A stretch of 64,000 bases of DNA from Eledone cirrhosa (Eukaryota), in assembly GCA_964016885.1 (NCBI GenBank), contig OZ024745.1:100192001-100256000 (forward strand). The letters run 5' to 3'. The notes beneath the pieces are model-generated. The model had not been told where the DNA came from. It did no database searches and was given only the letters and a program-made list of their open reading frames with translations. Below, piece after piece: positions 13,266 to 23,790 of the stretch (position 1 is the first letter of the stretch; every line of letters begins with the position of its first letter). Both the position numbers and the translations under genes were made by a program.

Positions 13266-14293
13266 TTAAAGCCATCCCTTCCTTGGCAAGTAGTCTACTT
13301 CTCCCTCAAATTCCTCACTCTCTATCACTGTCCCTTCCTCACATCATGCCACAAGTGCTCTAGTTTTGAAAAATGATAATGCTGGTGCCAAGACAAGGGG
13401 TTTCTAGTGCCAGAATAAAAGTCAGGTGGCAGTGGCAGTGCCAAGGTAGAATGCACACCTAGTACATGCTATGAAGTGTTTGGTGTTAAGAACGGCATCC
13501 AGCTGTAGAAACCATGCCAGAATGAAACATATGAATGAGGTGTAGTCATCTGAACTGTCCAGACTCAGAACAGGACAACCTATCTAACCCATGCAAGCAT
13601 GAAAAACAGTGGTGATGATGATGATGACATATCTAAGATATGTCTCATGAGATTATGGATATGTACTTGCAAAATCCCTCTCCGTGTTAACCCAGACAAA
13701 GTCTTTTGTGGAAAACCATCATTTGCTTAGGCATTCAAGCATCCCCTCTCCATGCTGCCAATATCCAAAGGAAAAGTAAAAATTGATACAGATCTGCAGC
13801 AATGATGGTGCAGAAAAATTCAGAATGCAAAGGGCTAAAAGAGATACTGTAAGGAATTAACACCTTAACAATTCTGCCAATCTATTACTGTAGATAGGTA
13901 CTTTATTTATCAACTCTTAAAGGATAAAAAACAAAGCTGACCTCAGTGGAATCTAAGGCCCGAGCATAGGTTAGCATAAAAAATATTTCAGGGATCATTT
14001 AATCCAAAGCTCTAATAACTGCCAATTCACCAGAATGGACCATGTGAGCAACACAGTCATCTGACCTGTTCAAACTGAAAATGTAACAACCTATGTAACC
14101 AATGGAAGCATGGAAAATAAATTTCAAACAGTGATAATAATGATGATGAGAGAGAGTGAGTGTATATCAGGGACCAGTTTCATGAGACTATGGATATACA
14201 CTTGGAAAATTTATCTCCAAAATAACCCGGACATGGTCTTCTGTGGAAGACTAGCATCTCTCTATTGCTCTCTTTATATATATATATATATAA

Positions 14294-14473
14294 GGCGGTG
14301 GATTGGCAGTATCGGTAGAGGGTCGGACGCCATGCTTTCCAGCATAGTTACGTCCCTTTACGATCTGAGTTCAAATCCTGCCGAGGTTGACTTTGCCTTT
14401 CATCCTTACGGGGTCGATAAAATAAAGTACCAGTAATGAACTGGGTAATTGCTGGCCTTGTACCTAAAGTAGA
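14294..14473 (+). mobile_element. SINE family A, young copy in (AT)n
   Basis: Near-consensus GGCGGTGGATTGGCAGTATCGG...CCTAAAGTAGA. Confidence 0.9.
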
Positions 14474-14627
14474 CATATATATATATATATATATATATAT
14501 GAATGAATGTATAGTATATTTTATAATATACTCTATGTTTATTTAAAAACATTTTGAAGACCATTCGCTATGAGTTTTAAAGTAGTGACTATGTCACTTA
14601 CTTTGTGTCAGCAAAAATAATAAAGGG

Positions 14628-14668
14628 AAGCAACCGACAGCTGTTTCTCGTTTCTTAACGGTTATCAA
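14628..14668 (-). ncRNA. Hammerhead ribozyme core, U3-A8 variant, 5' strand of stem I lost
   Basis: Minus strand reads TTGATAA-c-CGTT-aaga-AACG-a-GAAAC-AGCT-GTC-GGTTGCTT. Confidence 0.55.
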
Positions 14669-14735
14669 GCTCTTAAACATCACCGGAATTCTATAAGAAT
14701 CCAGCTTCGATAAGTCTCGGCAGAAGCGAGGGGAT

Positions 14736-14784
14736 AAGCAATCTTGATAACTGTTAACAAATGACAAACAGCTGTCGGTTGCTT
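14736..14784 (+). ncRNA. Type I hammerhead ribozyme, U3-A8 variant, GAAA mutated to CAAA
   Basis: Stem I AAGCAATC/GGTTGCTT (8 bp, one GU), core TTGATAA, palindromic stem III ACAGCTGT, GUC site at 14774-14776. Confidence 0.55.
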
Positions 14785-14984
14785 CCCTTTATTTTTGCCG
14801 AGACAAAGTAAGTGACATAGTCACTACTTTAAAACTCATACTGAATGGTCTTCAAAATGTTTTTAAATAAACATACAGTATATTATCAAATATACTATAC
14901 ATTCATTCATACATACATCACTATTTCAGAGCACTGATACTAATATATATATTAGTTTTGTGAGTTTTTTTTAGACATACAATG

Positions 14985-15247
14985 TAACGGGAGGAAACAA
15001 TAGCACCACTGACGTGGTTGCAGATGTGCAATGAAAGAACTTTGATAAACTATATATATGTGTTTGTGTCTATATTGTATCTGTATTATTTTTGACCGTT
15101 GGTCAGTTAATGGCAACATTGAGGACCGAATAAATTAGATTACCGATATAAAAGACACAGAAGCGAAAAGCGAAAACCAACCAAACAGTGAGTGTGTTCT
15201 GTTATTAATTCTGGCAATATTACACAAATATGACCCTCCCCAAGTAT

Positions 15248-15255
<8 letters not shown>
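14985..15255 (+). mobile_element. Penelope-like terminal fragment with degenerate hammerhead (15005-15046)
   Basis: CTGACGT-g-GTTGCA-gatg-TGCAAT-GAAAGAACTTTGA, then terminus ATGACCCTCCCCAAGTATAACAAT(AT)n shared with 21769-22248. Confidence 0.5.
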
Positions 15256-15296
<41 letters not shown>

Positions 15297-15424
15297 AAAG
15301 TTTTATTTAAAATTGTTGGGTTACAACAAGTAAATATTTTATAACTGATATAAAGCACTCGACAAGTTTTTGGAGTAGATATACAATATTAAACAAATGG
15401 AAACTATATTTATAAAACCATATT

Positions 15425-15490
15425 TATTTCATTATACATATTTCAGGGATACCATATTAAAAATATGGCATGCCTTCGTCAGATAAAATA
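15425..15490 (-). ncRNA. Type I hammerhead ribozyme (mirror copy)
   Basis: Exact reverse complement of 15592-15657. Confidence 0.7.
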
Positions 15491-15591
15491 CAATATATAA
15501 ACAGTTTTATAAATAATTTTGACGTACCATAATATAAGCGACCATTAAATTATGGTACGTCAAAATTATTTATAAAACTGTTTATATATTG

Positions 15592-15657
15592 TATTTTATC
15601 TGACGAAGGCATGCCATATTTTTAATATGGTATCCCTGAAATATGTATAATGAAATA
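15592..15657 (+). ncRNA. Type I hammerhead ribozyme
   Basis: Stem I TATTTTAT/ATGAAATA, core CTGACGA (15600-15606), stem II AGG-c-ATGCCATATT-ttt-AATATGGTAT-c-CCT, GAAA (15638-15641), self-complementary stem III ATATGTAT, AUA cleavage triplet ending at 15649. Confidence 0.7.
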
Positions 15658-16532
15658 AATATGGTTTTATAAATATAGTTTCCATTTGTTTAATATCGTA
15701 TATATATATATATATTTGTAAAATAATGAGAAGAAGTCAACACAAGGAAGCTGTCAAAACACCAAAATGCTGTCAATGACAGCATTGAGTAAAATTTACA
15801 TCAAAGGATAGAAATCAGTGGCTAGAAGTGTGTTGGTCTCTAGAAACGATAGGAAAAAAAGAAATAAGGGAGAAAATAGATGAGAGAAGATCATACAAAT
15901 ATTTAAATATACTTATATCAAAGGCATGTATTGAGTTAGAAACTCCAAATAGTCTCATTACAGTAAAATTAGCTCTAGGAAAAGGTATAACTGAACAAAA
16001 AAGAAAAACGAACACAGACATATACATCTATGTGTTCAAATCGTAATGGACCAGAATCGCTAAGGTGGAAAAAATACTAACTACATACAATAGGGTTTGT
16101 TAGACTCAATTTAAGAATAAATCAAGAAAGCTTTTAGACCGCCTGTGGTTTGACAATTTAACTAAAAGTACCATGTAGAATAGATGGCTCATGCAATAGT
16201 TTGTGTGATAACTTTGTTTGTATACACACACACACACATATATATAATATATATATGCCTATATACATATATATATATGTAATGTGGCCGTGTAGCTAAC
16301 ATGGTAAAAAGTTCCCAGTTCCACACTGTAAATGTGGTTGGTGTTAGGAAGGGCAACCAGCCGTAGAAAGCCTGCCAGATAGTCCCATACGAGCGAGACA
16401 CGGTCACCCGACCAACCTTGCCTCAAGTGACACAACTCCCATCTAACCTATGCTAGCGTGGAAGATGGATGATAAACGATGATGATGATGATATATATAT
16501 ACACCACCACCACCGCCTTGAGCTGTAATGAA

Positions 16533-16878
16533 GGAGGCACATGGCTTAGTGGTTAGAGCATTGGCCTTGCAATCGAAAGGTTGTGAGTTCAATTCTCAGA
16601 CCGGGCAATGTGTTGTTTCCTTGAGCAAGACACTTTATTTCACATTGCTCCAGTTTACTCAGCTGTAGAAATGAGATGATAGGGACTGGAGTCCCTATCA
16701 TTCCACTGTAAAGTGGACGTGTAGGTGCCACGGAAAAAAAGCACCCAGCACTCACTGTAAATGAGGTTGGTGTTAGGAAGGGCATCCAGCTGTAGAAATC
16801 AAGCCAGAATCTGTTCCCGTCCCACCCTTGCAAGCAGGGAAAAAGCGGATGTAAAATGAAATGATGAAATGATGATGA
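16533..16878 (+). mobile_element. CORE-type SINE with tRNA head and RTE-derived tail
   Basis: TGGCTTAGTGGTTAG A box, GAGTTCAATTC B box, CCTTGAGCAAGACACTTTATTTCAC core-like motif. Tail matches RTE 3' ends in this window. Confidence 0.85.
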
Positions 16879-17221
16879 GTAACCACTCGTCTCTGTTTTA
16901 TTTTATTATATATATATATATAAATTTTGGTTTATGAAGCTAGCCAAAAATAATCCATAGACCCTTGACTGTTCTTTACTCAATGAGACAATGTTATTAT
17001 AAGATTTGTACATAGGAAAATACAAACTTATAACACAGAATTCACACCACATGTTACAGGTAAGGAAAACAGTAACAAGTGGGTAATGATAATTTTATGT
17101 CTTATAAACCCAGACTATTGATAATTTCCGTACTGTAAGTATTATTCACAGTAATTATATATCTGCAGACATTAAACAATGTGTGGTCTTCTAACAGGAT
17201 TCAGAAAGTAAGCACAGTTAA

Positions 17222-17430
17222 CCCATTAGCATTTACATTACTTTATATATGCTATTAAATTTTTGTGGTAAAGGCTTTAATATGACATAATACCAAATCT
17301 ATGAGATTTTGATATTATTCATTTTGAGAACAATACTATAACATCAGTATGAGTGGCCAGATACAGCTGGTTTGAACAGAAAGAAGTGAGAGAATTCTAG
17401 TCGGATACAGTTGGTTTAAATGCTAAAGTG
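17222..17430 (+). mobile_element. piggyBac-type MITE copy
   Basis: TTAA|CCCATTAGCATTTA...TAAATGCTAAAGTG|TTAA. Confidence 0.8.
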
Positions 17431-17559
17431 TTAAATAAGGTACTCAATATGTTAGTAGAGAAGAAGCATATTTATAACTGATAAAATATTTTAAGATTTA
17501 GATTGAAGAATTTGAAGCATTTACAGCACTCACATTACTGTAATGCTGCTCATACAAAT

Positions 17560-17818
17560 AATTGTTTCTACTTTAGGCACAAGGCCAGCAAATACCCAGT
17601 GCATTACTGGTACTTTATTTTATCGACCCCGTAAGGATGAAAGGCAAAGTCAACCTCGGCGGGATTTGAACTCAGATCGTAGAGGGACGTAACTATGCTG
17701 GAAAGCATGGCGTCCGACCCTCTACCGATACTGCCAATCCACCGCCGTTGCTCATACAAATAATTGTTTCTACTTTAGGCACAAGGCCAGCAATTACCCA
17801 GTGCATTACTGGTACTTT
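17560..17818 (-). mobile_element. SINE family A, full copy plus adjacent 3'-end-only copy
   Basis: Reverse complement of family A. TGCTCATACAAATAAT is duplicated at ~17546 and ~17749. Confidence 0.85.
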
Positions 17819-18517
17819 TCCTATATGGCTACAATACAATGATTGAAACCAATATAAGTATTCATAATCATATCATCATTATCATCGTTTAACATCCATT
17901 TTCCATGCTAGCATGGGTAGGACGGGTTGACCCTTTGGGAGAGAATCAGGTCAGATGACTGTGTTTCACTCACCCAGGGCTGATTTTAGCTTGGTTTCTA
18001 CAGCTGGATGCCCTCCTTAATGCCAACCACATTTCTAATAAGAAATTAAAAATATTCTCTTTTATATCTTGGTTTGCAATTCATATTATTGTAGTTGATT
18101 TATGAGTCTATAACATTTCGAGTGGATGCTTAAATAACATTTACAAGAATCAGAAACTAAATTTGAGCTTATTTCCACTTTATACTTTGGTTGGCCTTGA
18201 CAGTTGGGATACATATTTTCAGTTGACATACAAGAAATTTCCAGCATTTATACAAATACAAACACACAAAGAAAATGAATGGAGGAGGGTTGAGAGAAAA
18301 AGAGTATGAAAGTAAAAATTGAGAGAAAGAGAGAGGTAGAGAGAGAGAGAGAGAGAGAGAGAGATGGTGGAGTGGGTGGAGAACTGAAGTGAATAAATTC
18401 ATTTAACATGTAGCACTGCAAAATACAAATTACTTGAAAATTTCACAGAACGGAATTATCAAATGAGTCTATTTTGTTTATTTGTCATAAATACTGGGTA
18501 AGCCTCATAGCTTGTAC

Positions 18518-18553
<36 letters not shown>

Positions 18554-18845
18554 TATATTACATCAAATATAGAAGTAGAGTTTGGGGAATAAAAAGTAGT
18601 GATTATACATATATATAAGTGTCTAAACTATATGTTTTTGCCTATATTGAGTGTCACCAGAGAATGGGGTAAGTAGTCAGAAATGGTGATGTCATTGTTG
18701 TCTTGCCCACCCTTAGCTTTTGCTGGAATCTGCTAGATAGCGCTATGCCATCAGTTTCAAAATTCATAACTGAAGACTTTCAAAATGCTTATTTATAAAC
18801 ATAACGTATATCTTTAGATATACAAAAACACACACACATATATAT

Positions 18846-19096
18846 ATCATCATCATCGCTTTTATGTCAACTTTTATTTTGTTAGAGATGCCTACTGGCT
18901 GTAGTAGGTTTTACTATGTATTTAGGTAAGGCGGGTCTTCTCTGTTACTGAGTACCGCCAAAGGTCTCGGTCCAGTGACATTGTCTTGGAGAGGTGTAAG
19001 TGTGTGAGGTCGGAGTTTATCAGCTCGTCCCAGGTTTTTCTGGGTCTGCCTATTCCGTGGCTACCGTCTATCTTTATTGCCCTGCACTTTGTTATC
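18846..19096 (-). mobile_element. RTE 3' fragment
   Basis: Minus strand encodes KCRAIKIDGSHGIGRPRKTWDELINSDLTHLHLSKTMSLDRDLWR. Confidence 0.8.
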
Positions 19097-19339
19097 TTAT
19101 ATAAATAATAAAATTATTTACACGCACAAAACCCACATCGTACCGTCCTGTGCCGTCTGTAATGTTTTTCTTGATGTCAGCTCTTGTGGCCAATAAAGAA
19201 ATCATTATTATTTTTTATTATTATTAATATTTTTTATTATTATTATTGTTGTCATTATCGTTATTATTATTACTTTTTTTTCGTGCAATGGTCATACTTG
19301 ATAATGCAGCCATCATATATATATATATACATATATATA

Positions 19340-19393
<54 letters not shown>

Positions 19394-19458
19394 AAAATGT
19401 ATGACCCCCGACGGCAGAGCTCAAGCTGTTTCGACGGTTCCTTACCACAACTACTTCG

Positions 19459-19495
<37 letters not shown>

Positions 19496-19641
19496 CATGC
19501 ATACATTGAAAGACAACGGGAATGCTTTTATATGAATACTCTCTATTAAACTATGTTGTAAAATTATTATTGATTTGTTGTTTGTTAAAAATATTTGTTT
19601 GAATTTCCTATAATTTAATATTTAATTGAAATTCACATCAA

Positions 19642-19828
19642 TAATAATTGTTTCTACTTTAGGCACAAGGCCAGCAATTACCCAGTGAATTACTGGTACT
19701 TTATTTTATCGACCCCGTAAGGATGAAATGCAAAGTTAACTTCGGCGGGATTTGAACTCAGATCATACAGGGACGTAACTATGCTAGAAAGCATGGCGTC
19801 CAACCCTCTACCGATACTGCCAATTCAC
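19642..19828 (-). mobile_element. SINE family A
   Basis: Reverse complement of the family consensus. Confidence 0.9.
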
Positions 19829-20040
19829 GTAATAATAATAATGGTTTCTAATTTAGGCACAAGGTCAGCAATTTGAGGGGAGAAGACAGTCAATTGATGC
19901 AGTATTAGACTAGTATCAATTCCAGAAGAATGAAAGAAAAAGTTGACTTGGGTGGGATTTCAACCCAACGTAAAAAGCTGGAAAACATTTTGACAATTCA
20001 GTCAGTATAGAACCCTTTCCCAATAATATTAATAATAAAC

Positions 20041-20120
20041 ATAATGATTTTATTTATTGGTCACAAGGGTCAACATGTAGGGGACAATACAAAGACACGG
20101 ACAGTGGGGGGGGGGGGGGG
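20041..20120 (-). mobile_element. 3' tip of an L1/Tx1-like element
   Basis: Antisense match to the CCCTTGTGGCCAATAAA..(ATT)n terminus at 27215-27250 (also seen at 19180-19210). Confidence 0.55.
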
Positions 20121-20388
20121 GTTGTTGTTGTTGTTACAATAAGCTTGAGTAACAATGAAATACCTTAAATATTCACAATTTTTAGTAAGGACATACTTTT
20201 GAAGATATTTTTATAAAGTTGTAGAAAAATGAATTATTTTGCCTGTGTAAATAATTTTAAATGAAATTTGACTTTAAAAAGTTAACCTTTTCATTACCAT
20301 ATTACTAATAAAAGACAGTGCCTATGATTTTTCAAGTAATTTTGAAAATAATCAAGATTTTGAAGAACTTTAATAATATAACTATTTT

Positions 20389-20427
<39 letters not shown>

Positions 20428-20431
<4 letters not shown>

Positions 20432-20890
20432 TCATCATCATCATCATCATCAACGTTTAACGTCCGTGTTCCACGCTTGCATGGGTTTGGACGGGGGTAT
20501 TCCCACTTGAGGCAAGAGTGGTTGTCTTGCTCGCATAGGACTGTCTGGCAGGTTTTCTACAGTTGGATGCCCTTCCTAACACCAACCACATTTACAGTGT
20601 GGGACTGGGAGGTTTTTACCGTGTTGCCTACACGGCCACATTACAGCGTGGACTATGTGTTTTTTTGTCGTGACACCTACACGATCTCATTTGTTTCGGC
20701 CTGGATGTTGTGGCACCAACATAACTTTACATAGGAGGGGGGTGGTGTGGATGGGGTGTGGGTGGTGGGACGGGGGTGTATTTTGTGAGAGATGCCTACT
20801 GGCTGTAGTAGGTTTTACTATGTATTTAGGTAAGGTTGTTTGTTCTTCTCTATTACTGAGTACCACCAAAGGTCTCGGTCCAGTGACATA
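20428..20890 (-). mobile_element. RTE 3' end with long 3'UTR
   Basis: MSLDRDLW.. ORF end, GGTGTTAGGAAGGGCATCC motif and (GAT)n tail on the minus strand. Confidence 0.75.
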
Positions 20891-20902
20891 TATACACACA
20901 TA

Positions 20903-20958
<56 letters not shown>

Positions 20959-21271
20959 CACACACATACATATATATACACACACACACACATATATATA
21001 TATACACATACACACACACACATATATATATACACATACACACACACATATATATACATACATATACATATATACACACATATATATACATGGCTATACA
21101 CACACACACATGTATATATATACATACATTATACATATATTATATATATATTCATCATCATCATTATATATATATATTTATTATATAATATGTATATATA
21201 TTTATTATATATATTATGTATATATATATATATATTTATTATATATTATGTATATATATATATATTTATTA

Positions 21272-21309
<38 letters not shown>

Positions 21310-21410
21310 TATATATATTATGTGTATATATATATATATAGTGATACTGGGGTATTCCAATATAATAGATCCTAGTAAATATACATATTTATATATATAT
21401 ATATAAATAA
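20888..21410. repeat. Complex (AT)n/(AC)n microsatellite block
   Basis: Dinucleotide runs; source of the spurious IY/TH-repeat ORFs. Confidence 0.95.
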
Positions 21411-21540
21411 ATATCATCATCATCCTCCAAGCATAGAAAAGCAAACATGATGATGATGATAATGATATAAATATATATAAATATATATATATGAAAAGAT
21501 TCAGGACCCCAACGGCTGAGCTTCGGCCGTTTCAACCTTA

Positions 21541-21758
21541 TCATCATCATCATGTTACGTCCGCTTTTCCCTGCTTGCTAGGGTGGGACGGGTCTTATTC
21601 ATCACAGCATCTCTCCACTTGTCACGGTCCTTCGTGATCTTCAGCGATCTGAGATCTGTTCTCACCACCTCTGCCCATGTTATTCGTAGTCTACCTCTAC
21701 CACGTATTCCTTCAACTGGCATTTCCTGGCACTTCTTCACCCATCGGTCATCCTCCAT
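21541..21758 (-). mobile_element. RTE 3' fragment (short-3'UTR subfamily)
   Basis: MEDDRWVKKCQEMPVEG...TRPTLASREKRT, closely matching 5151-5370. Confidence 0.9.
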
Positions 21759-21768
21759 ATATATATAT

Positions 21769-22248
21769 ATATTGTTATGCTTTGGGAGGGTCATGTTGCC
21801 AATAAGAAACACACGCACCAGTTGCTTTCACTTCAATTTATTATAAATTAAATTTATAAATTTAGGAATTTATAAATTTCCGGTTGGTTGGTTGGTTCCA
21901 CAACCAGACGATTGTTCATATATTGTCAAAGTTCTTTCGTCACCCATTCTGTGACCTCTTCAGTGACTGGGGATTGTTTTTGTGCCTCTCCTTTGTTCTG
22001 TCCTACGCCATCTTGTTTTTGTGTGTGTTGTGTGCTTAGTTTGCGCATGTGTTACATCCGGGTGTCTGTGTGTGTTTATATTTGTTTATTTACATGTTAC
22101 TGGTTGGTTGTTTGTTCTATGTGTGTGTGTGTTTTCATTTTGTCCTTAATTGTAAGTTGTGATGTTGCTATTCCATTCATGTTTTCTATTTAATTTTGGT
22201 GCCTGTGTTTCTTATTGGCAACATGACCCTCCCAAAGCATAACAATAT
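21769..22248 (-). mobile_element. Element with 52-bp inverted ends and internal hammerhead (Penelope-like derivative)
   Basis: 21769-21820 vs 22197-22248 inverted with 1 mismatch. Left end abuts (AT)n. Confidence 0.65.
21925..21967 (-). ncRNA. Minimal type I hammerhead ribozyme
   Basis: GTCA-CTGAAGA-g-GTCAC-agaatgg-GTGAC-GAAA-GAACTT-TGAC. Stem I GTCA/TGAC, 2-bp stem III, CUU triplet. Confidence 0.55.
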
Positions 22249-22682
22249 CGGTTTCAACACACGTTTTCAGATAAAGAATCTTGCTAAACAAATTCAGAAA
22301 CGAAATATATATATATATATTAATAGGTGGGGGGAGGGGGGTATTCGAGACCTGAAAGTAATTGAAGCAATTGGTTCTCAATTGTGACAAGAAAAATTAG
22401 TGATATTTAAATGGTATTAAATGATAATTTTGAAATCTGTTTATTTGCCAAGTTTTTTAAGAAACTTCTTCACCAGTTTAAGAACACTTGCTTTTAGAAG
22501 AAAGTTATTTCAATATTATATGTCCAATCATCTGAACTCATTGAAACAATAAACCGTCAGGTAAAAAAAAAAGTGTTAGATATTCTATGCTACATCAAAA
22601 CTGTTCTAAATTAAAGCTAATTAATTAAATACCTCACCCACTTATAAATAATTCCACTTGAGCCAAATAGAATAGGAATTAA

Positions 22683-22877
22683 CTCTTTACTCTATATTTA
22701 CTATTGTATTTTCCCGGTAAATACTTTATTTCACATAATTATCTTACATAATATTGAGTCTATGAGATTTTGATCTTATTTATTTTGAGAATATTACCTT
22801 AACAAAAGTATGACCGGTTTGAAGAGAAAGAGGTGAGAGAATTCTGGACGGATGTGGCTGGTTTAAATGCTAAAGAG
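22683..22877 (+). mobile_element. piggyBac-type MITE copy, left end degraded
   Basis: Internal homology to 1389-1596; ends TAAATGCTAAAGAG|TTAA. Confidence 0.7.
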
Positions 22878-23444
22878 TTAAGGAAGATTTTTGGATAATT
22901 TTAAGAAGTTAGGTTTTGCTAGTGAAAAGATAAACCAGGTAGATTAAGTTCATGATTGTTTTGTAAACCTGAGAGGAAGAAAGATCATTAAAATGCTAAT
23001 TCATGATAATAATGAGGAAAAGAAATTCAAAGAATGAAATTGTCTATGTTTGTGTGAATATTTTCGATTTGAAATATCTTAAATTGGGCTGATGAAAAAA
23101 AAGGCTACAAGTGATTTTGTAAAAAGATTGAAACCTGCTATAAAATATATACTGTATATACTCAAATATAAGCTGATACAAATATATGCTGAACCCCCTC
23201 CTCACTTTATGACTGAGAAATGGACAAAAGATTAAACCCTGTTTATAAGCTGAGGCAGCTAATCAACACATTATGTTTAAAAGGTGCACTTTTGAAATTC
23301 TCATGAATATAAAACATATTTATGAAGTTTTAAGATTTTGATGTTGAAAATGTTTTAAGTGTTGTTTAAAGTATATTTTTTGTTTCACAACTCCATTAAG
23401 TAATGAGTTTCCATTACGTTAAGTTTCAAAATGTTCTCAAATTT

Positions 23445-23790
23445 TTAATAATAATGAAATTATTGTGCACAGTGCTCAAGTGCACTATGACTCGTCAAAG
23501 GTGCATGTATAGTACATAGAATAATATACAAATGTCAGGGAAGTGAATAGTGTATGAGTCATGATATACATGTGTGTGTATGGAGGGGGAATATTAGGTG
23601 TAGTGTTGGCGAATCTTAGGAAGCATGGAGGTTTTAAAGGATGCAGTGTCTTGACAGCTAATAACTGATGCAGGTAGTTTACTTCCAACCACTCATATAC
23701 TAAGTGTAGTTCGAAAGGAAGAAATTGAATAAGAAAATTTGTGTAAGGATTCAGGCAGAGAAAACAAGAGAGGGCGAAAGCAAGAAAAAA
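23445..23790 (-). mobile_element. CR1/L2-type LINE 3' fragment
   Basis: Minus strand encodes SKLPASVISCQDTASFKTSMLPKIRQHYT*, resembling the WNxLP...FK C-terminus of CR1/L2 ORF2. Confidence 0.55.

Larger units (their letters stand above)
14499..14910. mobile_element. Foldback element (~170-bp inverted arms, ~73-bp spacer), putative Penelope-like derivative
   Basis: 14499-14669 is an imperfect reverse complement of 14743-14910. Flanked by (AT)n/(ATAC)n. Arms contain hammerhead motifs. Confidence 0.75.
15386..15696. repeat. Perfect 148-bp-arm palindrome with 15-nt loop
   Basis: 15386-15533 is the exact reverse complement of 15549-15696. Loop ATAAGCGACCATTAA. Confidence 0.95.

Noticed and set aside
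14294-14390. tRNA genes at SINE heads
   Set aside because: A and B boxes are present, but no convincing cloverleaf forms and each continues into a SINE body.
15720-16050. Possible GIY-YIG endonuclease remnant beside the palindrome
   Set aside because: Only a vague resemblance (HKEAVK, TALSK) across frameshifts; needs a profile search.
19184-21444. Numerous IY/TH/CV-repeat ORFs
   Set aside because: Translations of dinucleotide microsatellites.
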